Part shown: piece after piece, positions 50,480 to 59,643 of the stretch
Numbering within the stretch: position 1 is the stretch's first letter
Layout of the letters: each line of letters begins with the position of its first letter
Assembly: GCA_045643205.1 (NCBI GenBank)
Contig: JAZUKI010000004.1
Location: 8,331-72,330 of the forward strand
Source of the DNA: Clostridia bacterium
GTDB lineage: Bacteria; Bacillota; Clostridia; TANB77; CAG-508
Length of the DNA stretch: 64,000 nt
Direction of reading: 5' to 3'
The notes under the pieces: model-generated
Told to the model about the DNA's origin: nothing
Database searches by the model: none
The model's input: only the letters and a program-made list of their open reading frames with translations
Position numbers and translations under genes: made by a program

Positions 50480-53141
50480 TGGCAATTCAATAATGAATAG
50501 AGCTTTCTATGGTATTTCTGCACCAATGAGTACTGAAGACGGAAAGCAAACTAATGCATTATATGGATTCTTAGCTATTATGTTTAAAAATATGGAAGAA
50601 GTTAATCCTGATTATATGTTAGTTGCATTTGACTCAAAAACAGCAGCCAACGTTAGAAAACAACAATATTCAGGGTATAAAGCATCACGTCATGGTATGC
50701 CAGAAGAACTTGCATATCAAATGCCTGAAATAAAAGAGATTCTTGATGCAATGAATATTAAACATCTAGAATTACCAGATTTTGAAGGTGATGATATCTT
50801 AGGAACAACTGCAAAAAAATTCGCCTCTAATGATGTTGAAGTTTTTATTCTTTCAGGAGATAGAGATTTATTTCAATTAGTTCAAGACAATATAACAATA
50901 AGAATTCCTAAAACAAAAATGGGAAAAACAGAAACAGAAATTTATGATGTTAAAAAAGTAGAAGAAGAATATGGGCTAGAACCATCTGATCTAATTGATT
51001 TAAAAGCATTGATGGGAGACTCATCAGATGAAATACCAGGTGCACCAGGTGTTGGTCCAAAAACAGCAACAACATTACTTCAAAAATTTAAATCAATAGA
51101 TGGAATATATGAAGCACTTCAAAATGAAGAATATGCAAAAGATTTTAAACCAAAAGTTAGAGAGAGTTTAGAAAATAATAAAGAATTAGTTGATATATCA
51201 AAAGTTTTAGGAGCAATAAAATTAGATGCAACTGTAACTGACAACATTGATGAAATTAAAGTTTCTGAATGGAATAAAGAAGAAGTTGTAAAACAATTTA
51301 ATAAATACAAATTTAAAAAATATTTAAGCAAATTTGGACTTGAAGGTGTTTCTACAACAAGTGATGCAGGCGAATCAATTATTGATGAAAAAGAAATCGA
51401 ACCATTCTTAAATGTAGAAATTATCACAGATTTAGCAGATGCTAAATTAAGTGATAAAATAATTATGTATGTTGAAACAAAACCAATAAATGATGAAACT
51501 AGAATTATAAAAAAAGACATAGTAGGAATTGCATTATATAATGAACAAAATAACAAAGTAGTTTATTTAAATAATCCAAGCGATGAACAATTAAAAGAAA
51601 TAGCAGAAAATAATTCTGAAAAAATTGGATTTAATTTGAGTGAACTTTATGTTTTATTAAAAGAAAAAAATATCAATTTAAATAATATGAAATTCAATGC
51701 TGAAGTTGCTGCATATAACATTAATCCGACAAATGCTAAACATACATTAGAAGAGATTGCATTTCAATATTTAGAAATTAATTTAGAACAATATAAAGGA
51801 GAAAAGCAAACTTCATTATTCGAAGAAAATGTTTCTAGTGATAAAAAAGAACTTGGCGCATATATTTTTGCTATAAAGAAATTTTATGAAATGGCATTAA
51901 AAAAATTAGAAGAAGAGGGTGCACTAAAATTATTTAATGATATTGAAATGCCATTAATTAGAGTTCTTGGCGACATGCAATTTAATGGAATGATGTGCAT
52001 AGAAGAAGTTCTACAAGAGTTTGGTAAAATGTTAAAAGAAGAAATAGACCAATTAACTCATGAAATATATGATGATGCTGGTGAAGAATTTAATATTAAT
52101 TCAACACAACAATTAGGCGTTGTATTATTTGAAAAACTGGGACTTCCAGCACCTAAGAAAAATAAAAAAGGATATTCAACAGATGTTGATACACTTGAAA
52201 AAATTGCTTATATGCATGATATCGTTCCTAAAATTTTACAATACAGAACTTTATCAAAATTAAATTCTACATATATAGATGGATTAATACCTTGCATTAA
52301 TCCAAAAGATAATAGAATACATTCAACATTCAATCAAACAATTACAACAACAGGAAGAATTAGTTCTACAGATCCTAATTTACAAAACATCCCAGCAAGA
52401 GATGAATTAGGAAAAAATATAAAGAAAGCATTTGTTCCAAAACAAGGTTATGTTTATATAGATGCTGACTATTCACAAATTGAACTTAGAGTTTTAGCAC
52501 ATATGTCTCAAGATGAAAATATGTTAAATGCATTTAGAAATGATGAAGATATTCATAGAGAAGTAGCTTCAAAAGTTTTTAACACACCATTTGATGAAGT
52601 AACCAAAGAACAAAGATCAAGAGCAAAAGCGGTTAACTTTGGCATTGTTTATGGAATAACAGGATTTGGATTGGCAAATCAAATTGGAACAACAAATAAA
52701 GAAGCAACAAATTATATTAATAGTTATCTTGAAAAATATAGTGGCGTTAATGAATACATGAAAAAGCAAGCCGATAAAGCTAAAGAAACTGGCTATGTCG
52801 AAACTTTATTTGGTAGAAGAAGATATATTTCGGAATTAAAATCTTCAAATTATATGGTTAGAGAATTTGGAAAACGTGCCGCTATGAATTCACCAATTCA
52901 AGGAACAGCAGCAGATATTATGAAAATTGCTATGAATAAAGTTTATGATGAACTAGAAAAAGCAAAGATTGATGCTAAAATTGTTCTACAGGTACATGAT
53001 GAATTGATCATTGAAGCTAGTGAAGAATGTAAAGAAAAAGCAAAAGAAATATTAAAGAATTCAATGGAAACAGCAGTTAAATTAGATATCCCACTAAAAG
53101 TTGAATTAGAAGAGGCAAAAACTTGGTATGATGCCAAATAA
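50457..53141 (+). CDS. polA: DNA polymerase I
   Basis: 894 aa. N-terminal 5'-3' exonuclease (LLIDGNSIMNRAFY), polymerase motif A (DYSQIELR) and motif B (RSRAKAVNFGIVYG). Confidence 0.9.
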   Translation: MKKILLIDGNSIMNRAFYGISAPMSTEDGKQTNALYGFLAIMFKNMEEVNPDYMLVAFDSKTAANVRKQQYSGYKASRHGMPEELAYQMPEIKEILDAMNIKHLELPDFEGDDILGTTAKKFASNDVEVFILSGDRDLFQLVQDNITIRIPKTKMGKTETEIYDVKKVEEEYGLEPSDLIDLKALMGDSSDEIPGAPGVGPKTATTLLQKFKSIDGIYEALQNEEYAKDFKPKVRESLENNKELVDISKVLGAIKLDATVTDNIDEIKVSEWNKEEVVKQFNKYKFKKYLSKFGLEGVSTTSDAGESIIDEKEIEPFLNVEIITDLADAKLSDKIIMYVETKPINDETRIIKKDIVGIALYNEQNNKVVYLNNPSDEQLKEIAENNSEKIGFNLSELYVLLKEKNINLNNMKFNAEVAAYNINPTNAKHTLEEIAFQYLEINLEQYKGEKQTSLFEENVSSDKKELGAYIFAIKKFYEMALKKLEEEGALKLFNDIEMPLIRVLGDMQFNGMMCIEEVLQEFGKMLKEEIDQLTHEIYDDAGEEFNINSTQQLGVVLFEKLGLPAPKKNKKGYSTDVDTLEKIAYMHDIVPKILQYRTLSKLNSTYIDGLIPCINPKDNRIHSTFNQTITTTGRISSTDPNLQNIPARDELGKNIKKAFVPKQGYVYIDADYSQIELRVLAHMSQDENMLNAFRNDEDIHREVASKVFNTPFDEVTKEQRSRAKAVNFGIVYGITGFGLANQIGTTNKEATNYINSYLEKYSGVNEYMKKQADKAKETGYVETLFGRRRYISELKSSNYMVREFGKRAAMNSPIQGTAADIMKIAMNKVYDELEKAKIDAKIVLQVHDELIIEASEECKEKAKEILKNSMETAVKLDIPLKVELEEAKTWYDAK

Positions 53142-53256
53142 GACAAAACAAGCAAGATAATATTACAAAAATATAATAATACAAAGGTTGAAAAATAAGG
53201 TATTTTGTTATAACATCAATTTGTGTTACACACATACAAATGAGAGGAGATTTAGA

Positions 53257-53577
53257 ATGGACAACGAAAATATGAATGAAGAAAATAATATAGTTACTTT
53301 AAAAGACGAGAAAGGTAACGATGTACGTTTTGAATTTTTAGATTATATCCAATATTTAGGTGAAAATTATGTAGTTTTATTACCAGCTGATGAAGATTCT
53401 ACAGAAGTTCTAATTCTTAAAGAAGGAAAACAAATTATTGATGGAACTGAAGATGTTGAATATACAACAATAGATGATGAAAATGAAACTAAAGAGGTTT
53501 TTGAAATTTTCAAAGATAAATTCAAAGATGAATTTGATTTTGAAGATGATGAAGACGAAGATGAAACTGAAGAATAA
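53257..53577 (+). CDS. Small acidic protein, DUF1292-like
   Basis: Start moved to ATG 53257 (MDNENM) after RBS GAGGAG. The core (VRFEFLDYIQYLGENYVVLL...STEVLILK) followed by an acidic tail resembles the DUF1292/UPF0473 family. Confidence 0.45.
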   Translation: MDNENMNEENNIVTLKDEKGNDVRFEFLDYIQYLGENYVVLLPADEDSTEVLILKEGKQIIDGTEDVEYTTIDDENETKEVFEIFKDKFKDEFDFEDDEDEDETEE

Positions 53578-53590
53578 TTAAATAATTAGT

Positions 53591-53625
53591 AAAGCCTTTT
53601 GTTTCAAACAAAAGGCTTTATTTCG
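53591..53625 (+). terminator. Rho-independent terminator
   Basis: AAAGCCTTTTG-tttcaaa-CAAAAGGCTTT is an 11-bp perfect stem followed by ATTTC. Confidence 0.7.
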
Positions 53626-53676
53626 TGAAGATAAGTAGTTTTATTTATCAAAACTTTTTAATGAAAGAGGATAAAT

Positions 53677-54147
53677 ATGAGAAGTCTAATGAACTGGATA
53701 ATTGCATTTTTTATGGGTGCATTTACTATTTTTAGAACTATAGTATCATTGATGGATGCAAGAGGAGAAGAGTTTTTTGTAAAGCCTTTAGATCCAACAG
53801 TAGAATTAGTATTGTTATTTGTTGCTTTAGCATGCATTGTTATGGTATTTAAAAGATTAAAACTTGGTGGAATATTGTATTTAGTAGCATATTTAGGCTA
53901 TTTTGGCGCTGATATTGTTAGTCACATTCAACCATTAATGGACGGAGAACAATTACCTAGTGGTATGGGAATACAACTATTTTGTTCTGCAATTGGAGTA
54001 GTTTTAGCTGTTATTGTTATGATAGATCTTTTAACTGATCATGTAAAAAAATCAGATGATACAAAAACTTCGTGGTTCTATAATAATTCTGATTTAGATA
54101 GAAAGAAAGATGAAAGAGAAGACACACATAATTACAGAATTTATTAG
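53677..54147 (+). CDS. Small integral membrane protein of unknown function
   Basis: 156 aa with 4 predicted TM helices. RBS AAAGAGGA. Confidence 0.4.
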   Translation: MRSLMNWIIAFFMGAFTIFRTIVSLMDARGEEFFVKPLDPTVELVLLFVALACIVMVFKRLKLGGILYLVAYLGYFGADIVSHIQPLMDGEQLPSGMGIQLFCSAIGVVLAVIVMIDLLTDHVKKSDDTKTSWFYNNSDLDRKKDEREDTHNYRIY

Positions 54148-54351
54148 AATAAGGAACGGAAAACACACAAATAAATTTATAAAAAACACTTTAATTTATG
54201 GATTAAGGTGTTTTTTTATGCATATTTGTTATATAATTTATGCGAAATTTAAAGAAAAACAAAACTACAATAAAATAGATATAATTGAAAGAAAATTAGA
54301 GAAAGAATTAAAGAAAATATTAAAGAAAATATTAAAGAAAGCGAGGTTGTT

Positions 54352-54963
54352 ATGAAAGTTTTATTTGCAACAGGAAATCCATCAAAAGCAAAAAGATTTT
54401 CAGAAGGATTAGCTAAAAATGGAATAGAGGTAATTTCATTAAAAGATATTGATACAAAAGTTGATGTTGATGAAAATGGAAATGATAGAGTTGAAAATGC
54501 ATTAATAAAAGCAAGAGCATATAATCAAGCAACAGGAATGCCAACAATAGGAATGGATGACAACCTTTATTTAGAAGGAGTACCAGAAGACAAGCAACCA
54601 GGAATGTTTGTGAGAAGATTAGATAAAAAACATGAATCATCAGACAATGAGTTATTGGAATATTATATAAATTTAGTTAAAGAGTTCGGCATAAATGGAA
54701 AATTAGAAGCAAAGTGGAAATACGGAATGGCTTTAATAAATAATGGAAAAGAATATACTTATACATGGGAAAAAGGTAATATGTATATAGTTGATAAAGC
54801 ATCAAGTATAATTAATCCTGGATATCCGATAAATTCAATTTCAATAAATAAAACTTTAGGAAAATATTTTACGGAAATGACAAAAGAAGATCATAAAAAA
54901 GTTAAACAAAGTGAAGATCATGTTATAGATTTTATAGTTAATAGTTTGAATGATAGCAAATAA
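54352..54963 (+). CDS. Ham1/RdgB-like non-canonical purine NTP pyrophosphatase family protein (divergent)
   Basis: 203 aa. N-terminus VLFATGNPSKAKRF (Ham1 signature ATxNxxK) and IGMDDNLYLEGVP (DDSGL-like block). Confidence 0.45.
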   Translation: MKVLFATGNPSKAKRFSEGLAKNGIEVISLKDIDTKVDVDENGNDRVENALIKARAYNQATGMPTIGMDDNLYLEGVPEDKQPGMFVRRLDKKHESSDNELLEYYINLVKEFGINGKLEAKWKYGMALINNGKEYTYTWEKGNMYIVDKASSIINPGYPINSISINKTLGKYFTEMTKEDHKKVKQSEDHVIDFIVNSLNDSK

Positions 54964-55020
54964 AAGTTAGCAAAAATAAAATGAAATCATAACAATATGA
55001 AATAAAATGGAGAATTAATA

Positions 55021-56073
55021 ATGATTAACAACGAAAATGGAAATAATAAAAAATCAATTTCACTTGTAAGTATTATAATTATTATACTTGCAGGTTTGTT
55101 AATCATAGGATTACTAGTACTAGATATTAATAATTCTTTAACTAATATTAATAAAATTAGTTTAGCTCAACAAGAAATAATTGCTACTAAAGAAGATAAT
55201 GAAGAACAAAATAAAAAACAAAACGAAAATGAAAAACAAAACGAAAATTCTAAAAAAGAGAATGAAAGTAAAAATCAAAAAACGCAGCAACCTAATGAAC
55301 AAAAACAAGTAGAACTACAAAATAAAATACAAGAACAAGAAAAAAAGCAAGAACAAAATAATCCAGAACCAATAGAAGCAAAAAAACAAGAAGAGCAACA
55401 AGTAAAACCTGAAACAACAGAAACAAAGCAACCTACAAAGCCTGCACAAAGCAGTGGAGGAAAGATATTTTTAACTTTTGATGATGGTCCAAGTGATGAA
55501 TACACAGGAAAAATTCTAGACATTTTAAAAAAATATAATGTAAAAGCAACTTTCTTTGTAACAGGAAGAGGTAGCGATGCATTAATAAAAAGAGAATATG
55601 ATGAAGGGCATAGTATAGGACTACATAGTTATACTCATACATATAAAACTGTTTACGAATCAGAAAAAGCATATTTTAATGATATTGCAAAAGTAGATCA
55701 ACGAGTTTTTAATATAACAGGACAACATACAAAAATTGTTAGATTTCCTGGAGGAGCATCTAATACAGTAAGCAAATTTAATCCTGGAATAATGACTAGA
55801 TTAGCAAAACAAGTAAAGGAAAAAGGATATAAATACTGGGATTGGAATGTTTCATCAGGAGATGCAGGAGAAACAAAAGATCCAGATAAGATATTTGAAA
55901 ACGTAAAAAATGGAGTAACTAGCACAAAAAGAAATATTGTTTTACTTCATGATATACACGAATATACAGCTAATTCAATTGAAAAAATAATAGTTTGGGC
56001 TAAAGAAAACAACTATCAATTTTATAGAATAGAAGAAAGTATGGATCCAGTACAACATAAAATCGCTAATTAA
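55021..56073 (+). CDS. Membrane-anchored polysaccharide deacetylase (NodB/CE4 family) with Lys/Gln/Glu-rich linker
   Basis: 350 aa. N-terminal TM segment, a low-complexity KQNENEKQ linker, then FLTFDDGPSDEYT ... HSYTH ... LLHD (CE4 motifs). Confidence 0.8.
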   Translation: MINNENGNNKKSISLVSIIIIILAGLLIIGLLVLDINNSLTNINKISLAQQEIIATKEDNEEQNKKQNENEKQNENSKKENESKNQKTQQPNEQKQVELQNKIQEQEKKQEQNNPEPIEAKKQEEQQVKPETTETKQPTKPAQSSGGKIFLTFDDGPSDEYTGKILDILKKYNVKATFFVTGRGSDALIKREYDEGHSIGLHSYTHTYKTVYESEKAYFNDIAKVDQRVFNITGQHTKIVRFPGGASNTVSKFNPGIMTRLAKQVKEKGYKYWDWNVSSGDAGETKDPDKIFENVKNGVTSTKRNIVLLHDIHEYTANSIEKIIVWAKENNYQFYRIEESMDPVQHKIAN

Positions 56074-56150
56074 AATAACAAAAATTACCAATTTATAAAA
56101 ATAAAACAAAAGATATAAAAATGAAATAACAGAAATAAATACACTATTAC

Positions 56151-56197
56151 AGATTTGTAACACCCTTATTAAAAAAAGGTTACAAATCTTTTTTTTG
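56151..56197 (+). terminator. Rho-independent terminator
   Basis: AGATTTGTAAC ... GTTACAAATCT is an 11-bp stem followed by TTTTTTTT. Confidence 0.7.
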
Positions 56198-56265
56198 CTT
56201 TTAAAAATTAGCAAATAATAGTAAAATTATAAGTATCAAAATTCAAAAGAAAGAGGAAAAAACTT

Positions 56266-57315
56266 ATGAAAAGAAAAACTATTATTTTATTACTTATCGT
56301 TTTAATGTTTGCATCAGTATTAGGCGGAACAAGTTTCGCAGCTAATTACATTCCACCAACAAATCCAACTGGTGACACAACTGTAACAGTAACAAAAACA
56401 CTAGAAGGAATTACAAACCCTGTTTCAGTTACATTTGGATATCAAGTAACAGCAGCTGAAGGAAATCCAGCAGCAGTTTCAGGAACACTTCCACTTACAG
56501 CTAGTATTGTATTTAACAATGCTGCACCAAATGAAGATGATGAAGTTATTGGAACAACAGAAGTTGACTTTGCAGGATTAAGTTTCCCAAAAGTTGGAGA
56601 TTACAAATTCATTATTTCTGAAGTTTCTACTACAAATTCAACACTATATCCAATAAGCAATGACAAATATTATTTATATGTTTCTGTTAGAAATGGAGAA
56701 GGCGATACATTAGTTGCAACAGTAGCACAACAAGGAATTCTTACAACAGATGAAACTCAAACAAAGGTTGACGTTGTTTATCCATCACCTGTTAACTTAA
56801 CATACATTACAGTAGAAAAAAGAGTAACAGGAAATATGGCTGACAAAACAGAATACTTTAAATTCAAAGTAAACATCGAAGGTGGAAACACAGGAGATAC
56901 ATATACAATTATTGGACAAGATACAAATGTTACATACAACGGATCAACATTTGCAGCACCTACAACATATACAGTAGGACAAGATAACTATGTATACTTA
57001 CAACATGGACAAACAGCAACTATTGGTTTGTATAAGAATTCAATTCCACAAATCCCAGTAAATGTAAAATACTCATTTGTTGAGCAAGATGCATCAACTT
57101 ACGAAACATATGTTGATGGAAGCACAACAAAATCAAAAACATCAGCTGAAAAGACAACAGTTCTTACAGCAGCTAACAACAAAACAACATTCGTAAACAA
57201 TAAAGAAGAAGCAACATTTACAGGAGTAGTTGTTACTATAGCTCCTTATGTAGCAGTAGTTGCAATTGCAGCACTTGGAATTGTTGTTGTTAAAAAATCA
57301 AAAAGAAGAGACTAA
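56266..57315 (+). CDS. Secreted pilin-like / cell-wall-sorted surface protein (candidate backbone pilin)
   Basis: 349 aa. Signal peptide (SFA/AN) and a Thr/Val-rich beta-type sequence. The C-terminus ATFTG + hydrophobic VVVTIAPYVAVVAIAALGIVVV + KKSKRRD resembles a sorting signal with a non-canonical motif. Confidence 0.5.
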   Translation: MKRKTIILLLIVLMFASVLGGTSFAANYIPPTNPTGDTTVTVTKTLEGITNPVSVTFGYQVTAAEGNPAAVSGTLPLTASIVFNNAAPNEDDEVIGTTEVDFAGLSFPKVGDYKFIISEVSTTNSTLYPISNDKYYLYVSVRNGEGDTLVATVAQQGILTTDETQTKVDVVYPSPVNLTYITVEKRVTGNMADKTEYFKFKVNIEGGNTGDTYTIIGQDTNVTYNGSTFAAPTTYTVGQDNYVYLQHGQTATIGLYKNSIPQIPVNVKYSFVEQDASTYETYVDGSTTKSKTSAEKTTVLTAANNKTTFVNNKEEATFTGVVVTIAPYVAVVAIAALGIVVVKKSKRRD

Positions 57316-57362
57316 TACAAGAATAAAATAAAAACAAAAGAAAATAACAAGGAAGGAATAAT

Positions 57363-57698
57363 ATGGAGAAGCCACTTGGAGTAGATATAGGAAAAATTAA
57401 ATTCAAAAGAAAATTATTTGGTGGATTTAATGAAATAGATACTTATATGAAACTAAAAGAAATTAATAATAAGTATTATGAATCTATTGAAATTGCTTCA
57501 ATGGAACACCAGATTATTCTTGAAAAAAGAGAAAAAGAAATCAAAGAGTTGAAACAACAACTTGAAGAGAAAGATAAAGAAATTGAAAGGCTAAATAACA
57601 ATGTTAGAAATTTAGAAAACATTGTTAGCCAAAGTCAAATTTATGAACAAATGAAAAACATTCAAGAATTAAATTCAAATAAAGATACAAAGGATTGA
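57363..57698 (+). CDS. Hypothetical coiled-coil protein
   Basis: 111 aa. Heptad-like EKREKEIKELKQQLEEKDKEIERL. RBS AAGGAAGGA. Confidence 0.4.
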   Translation: MEKPLGVDIGKIKFKRKLFGGFNEIDTYMKLKEINNKYYESIEIASMEHQIILEKREKEIKELKQQLEEKDKEIERLNNNVRNLENIVSQSQIYEQMKNIQELNSNKDTKD

Positions 57699-57700
57699 TT

Positions 57701-58273
57701 ATGCAACTTTTATTAGACGATAAAATTGTTAATAAAAGAATATTGGACCAACAATTAATTGATAAAAAAATTGAGAAGGCAAAATCTGTAAGAGATATAA
57801 AAGCTCTACTTATAAAAATAATAGTTGTTTTATTAGTTTTATACGGATTACATTTCTTTATATTTCAATTAGTTAGACATACTGGTCTTTCTATGAGCCC
57901 CGCTATAAATGATGGAGATCTATTATTTGTGTACAAATTAGATCGAAATTTTAAAGAAGGAGACATAGTATCGGTTAATCATGAAGGAAGACAATTAATT
58001 TTAAGAATAGTTGCAACAGGAGGTCAAACTGTAAATATTACTGATGATGGTAATATGTATGTTGATGAACATAACGAAGCACAAAAAGTTTTTTATGATA
58101 CGAAACCTGTTAGAAATTCTGGAATTAATTATCCATATAAAGTTGAAGAAGGAAAAGTTTTTCTATGTGGTGATTATAGAATAGATAGCTATGATTCTAG
58201 AATATTTGGGGCAGTTTCTTTAAATGAAATAGAAGGAAAGGTAATCACAACCTTAAAAGTAAGAAATATATAG
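57701..58273 (+). CDS. Signal peptidase I (S26) homologue, probably catalytically impaired (SipA/LepA-like pilus assembly factor)
   Basis: N-terminal TM segment. Box B GLSMSPAINDGDLL has the Ser. The box D position reads LRIVATGGQTV, with Leu where the general-base Lys normally is. Box E GDYRIDSYDSRIFG is conserved. Start set at ATG 57701 (RBS AAGGA, 6-nt spacing). Confidence 0.65.
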   Translation: MQLLLDDKIVNKRILDQQLIDKKIEKAKSVRDIKALLIKIIVVLLVLYGLHFFIFQLVRHTGLSMSPAINDGDLLFVYKLDRNFKEGDIVSVNHEGRQLILRIVATGGQTVNITDDGNMYVDEHNEAQKVFYDTKPVRNSGINYPYKVEEGKVFLCGDYRIDSYDSRIFGAVSLNEIEGKVITTLKVRNI

Positions 58274-58284
58274 GAGTATAAGAA

Positions 58285-58881
58285 ATGCAGAAAGGCAAAG
58301 TAATAATTTTTAATCGCATATTAATAATTGCAATGATAATTATTGCTAGCAATTTCTGCATTTTTTCTTATGCTCAAGAGCAATACAATCATGAAATTAA
58401 GGTTAATGTTACCAGCAAAGATGACATAGAATGTACATATTCTTTATACACAGAAGAAGACAAAAACAATCCAGATAAAATAGAAAATCTTCCAAAAAGT
58501 TTAGATGTTTTGCTAGATGGATATTCAACTGAAAAAGTATTTGAATTAAATGATTTGAAATTTACAAAACCAGGTGACTACATATTTTATATTTATGAAG
58601 GCGCGAGCGAGATACCAGAAGTATTTCCAGTTTCACCACAAAAATATGGCATTGGAATACATGTAGATTATCTACTAAATTATAATATACATATACAAGT
58701 AATTGATTGTACAACAGGAGAAAAAACAGATGGAGTTGTATTTAAAAATGAAGGACAGCTAATTGATTTTCCTAAGACAGGAGTAAAGTTAGATACCGAT
58801 CCATTCGTTTTTGTTACAGCAGGTTCAATTTTATTTTTAGCAATTGTAATTGCTATTATACCTAAAAGGAAAAAAGAATGA
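58285..58881 (+). CDS. Small secreted pilin-like protein with FPKTG sorting signal (candidate minor/basal pilin)
   Basis: 198 aa. Signal peptide (SYA/QEQ). C-terminus DFPKTGVKLDTDPFVFVTAGSILFLAIVIAIIPKRKKE is xPxTG + TM + positive tail. Confidence 0.55.
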   Translation: MQKGKVIIFNRILIIAMIIIASNFCIFSYAQEQYNHEIKVNVTSKDDIECTYSLYTEEDKNNPDKIENLPKSLDVLLDGYSTEKVFELNDLKFTKPGDYIFYIYEGASEIPEVFPVSPQKYGIGIHVDYLLNYNIHIQVIDCTTGEKTDGVVFKNEGQLIDFPKTGVKLDTDPFVFVTAGSILFLAIVIAIIPKRKKE

Positions 58882-59630
58882 TTATAAGAAAAGCAACTAA
58901 GATAGTTGATAAAATAATTAATTTTGTAATCATTATTCTATTATTAGTTTCAATAAGCTATGGAGCTTATGCAATTATTGATGGAGTAAATGTTCAGAAT
59001 GGTGCTACTTTATCAGAAGATATTAAAAAAAATGCACCATCTAATAAGTTTGCTCAATTACCAATTGATGAACTAAGAAAAATAAATTCTGATATATGTG
59101 CATGGTTAAATATTGATGATACATTGATGGATTATCCAATAACACAATATACAGACAATGATTATTATTTAAATAGAAATTATAAAAAGGAATTTGCTGC
59201 AGCTGGTACTGTATTTCTTGATTATAGAAACAATGTTGACTTTGATGATGACTATAATGTTGTTTATGGTCATAACATGAAGGGAAGTGTAATGTTTGGA
59301 GGAATAAAGAAATATGAAGATAAAGAATATTTCGATGCTCATTCAACAGGAACATTATTTACAGCTAAATGTAACTATAAATTAAATGTACTATTTTATG
59401 ATCGTATAAGTGCTTATGAATCAACTGTATACAATGTAACTCATTACAAAAATGGATGTAATGAAAATTTATTTAATTTTTTTAAAACACACGCTATTAC
59501 ACAAGGCAATATAGATAAATATGATGGATCAAAAATACTTGTTCTATCAACATGTACTACAAATCAAAACGAAAGAGTATTATTAGTATGCACTCTTTCA
59601 AAATTAGATGAAGACACCAATGAAGAATAA
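58878..59630 (+). CDS. Class B sortase
   Basis: 250 aa. N-terminal TM anchor. The long N-terminal segment with DYPITQ, VYGHNM (His) and LVLSTCT (Cys) is characteristic of SrtB-type enzymes. Confidence 0.8.
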   Translation: MIIRKATKIVDKIINFVIIILLLVSISYGAYAIIDGVNVQNGATLSEDIKKNAPSNKFAQLPIDELRKINSDICAWLNIDDTLMDYPITQYTDNDYYLNRNYKKEFAAAGTVFLDYRNNVDFDDDYNVVYGHNMKGSVMFGGIKKYEDKEYFDAHSTGTLFTAKCNYKLNVLFYDRISAYESTVYNVTHYKNGCNENLFNFFKTHAITQGNIDKYDGSKILVLSTCTTNQNERVLLVCTLSKLDEDTNEE

Positions 59631-59643
59631 TTAGGAGAAAAAC

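Noticed and set aside
54110-54355. 81-aa ORF bridging the membrane-protein gene and the Ham1-like gene, containing a 3x tandem attaaagaaaat repeat (ELKKILKKILKK).
   Set aside because: It overlaps the 3' end of the upstream gene and has no RBS. The repeat looks like intergenic AT-rich tandem sequence. It is more likely promoter/intergenic DNA than a gene.
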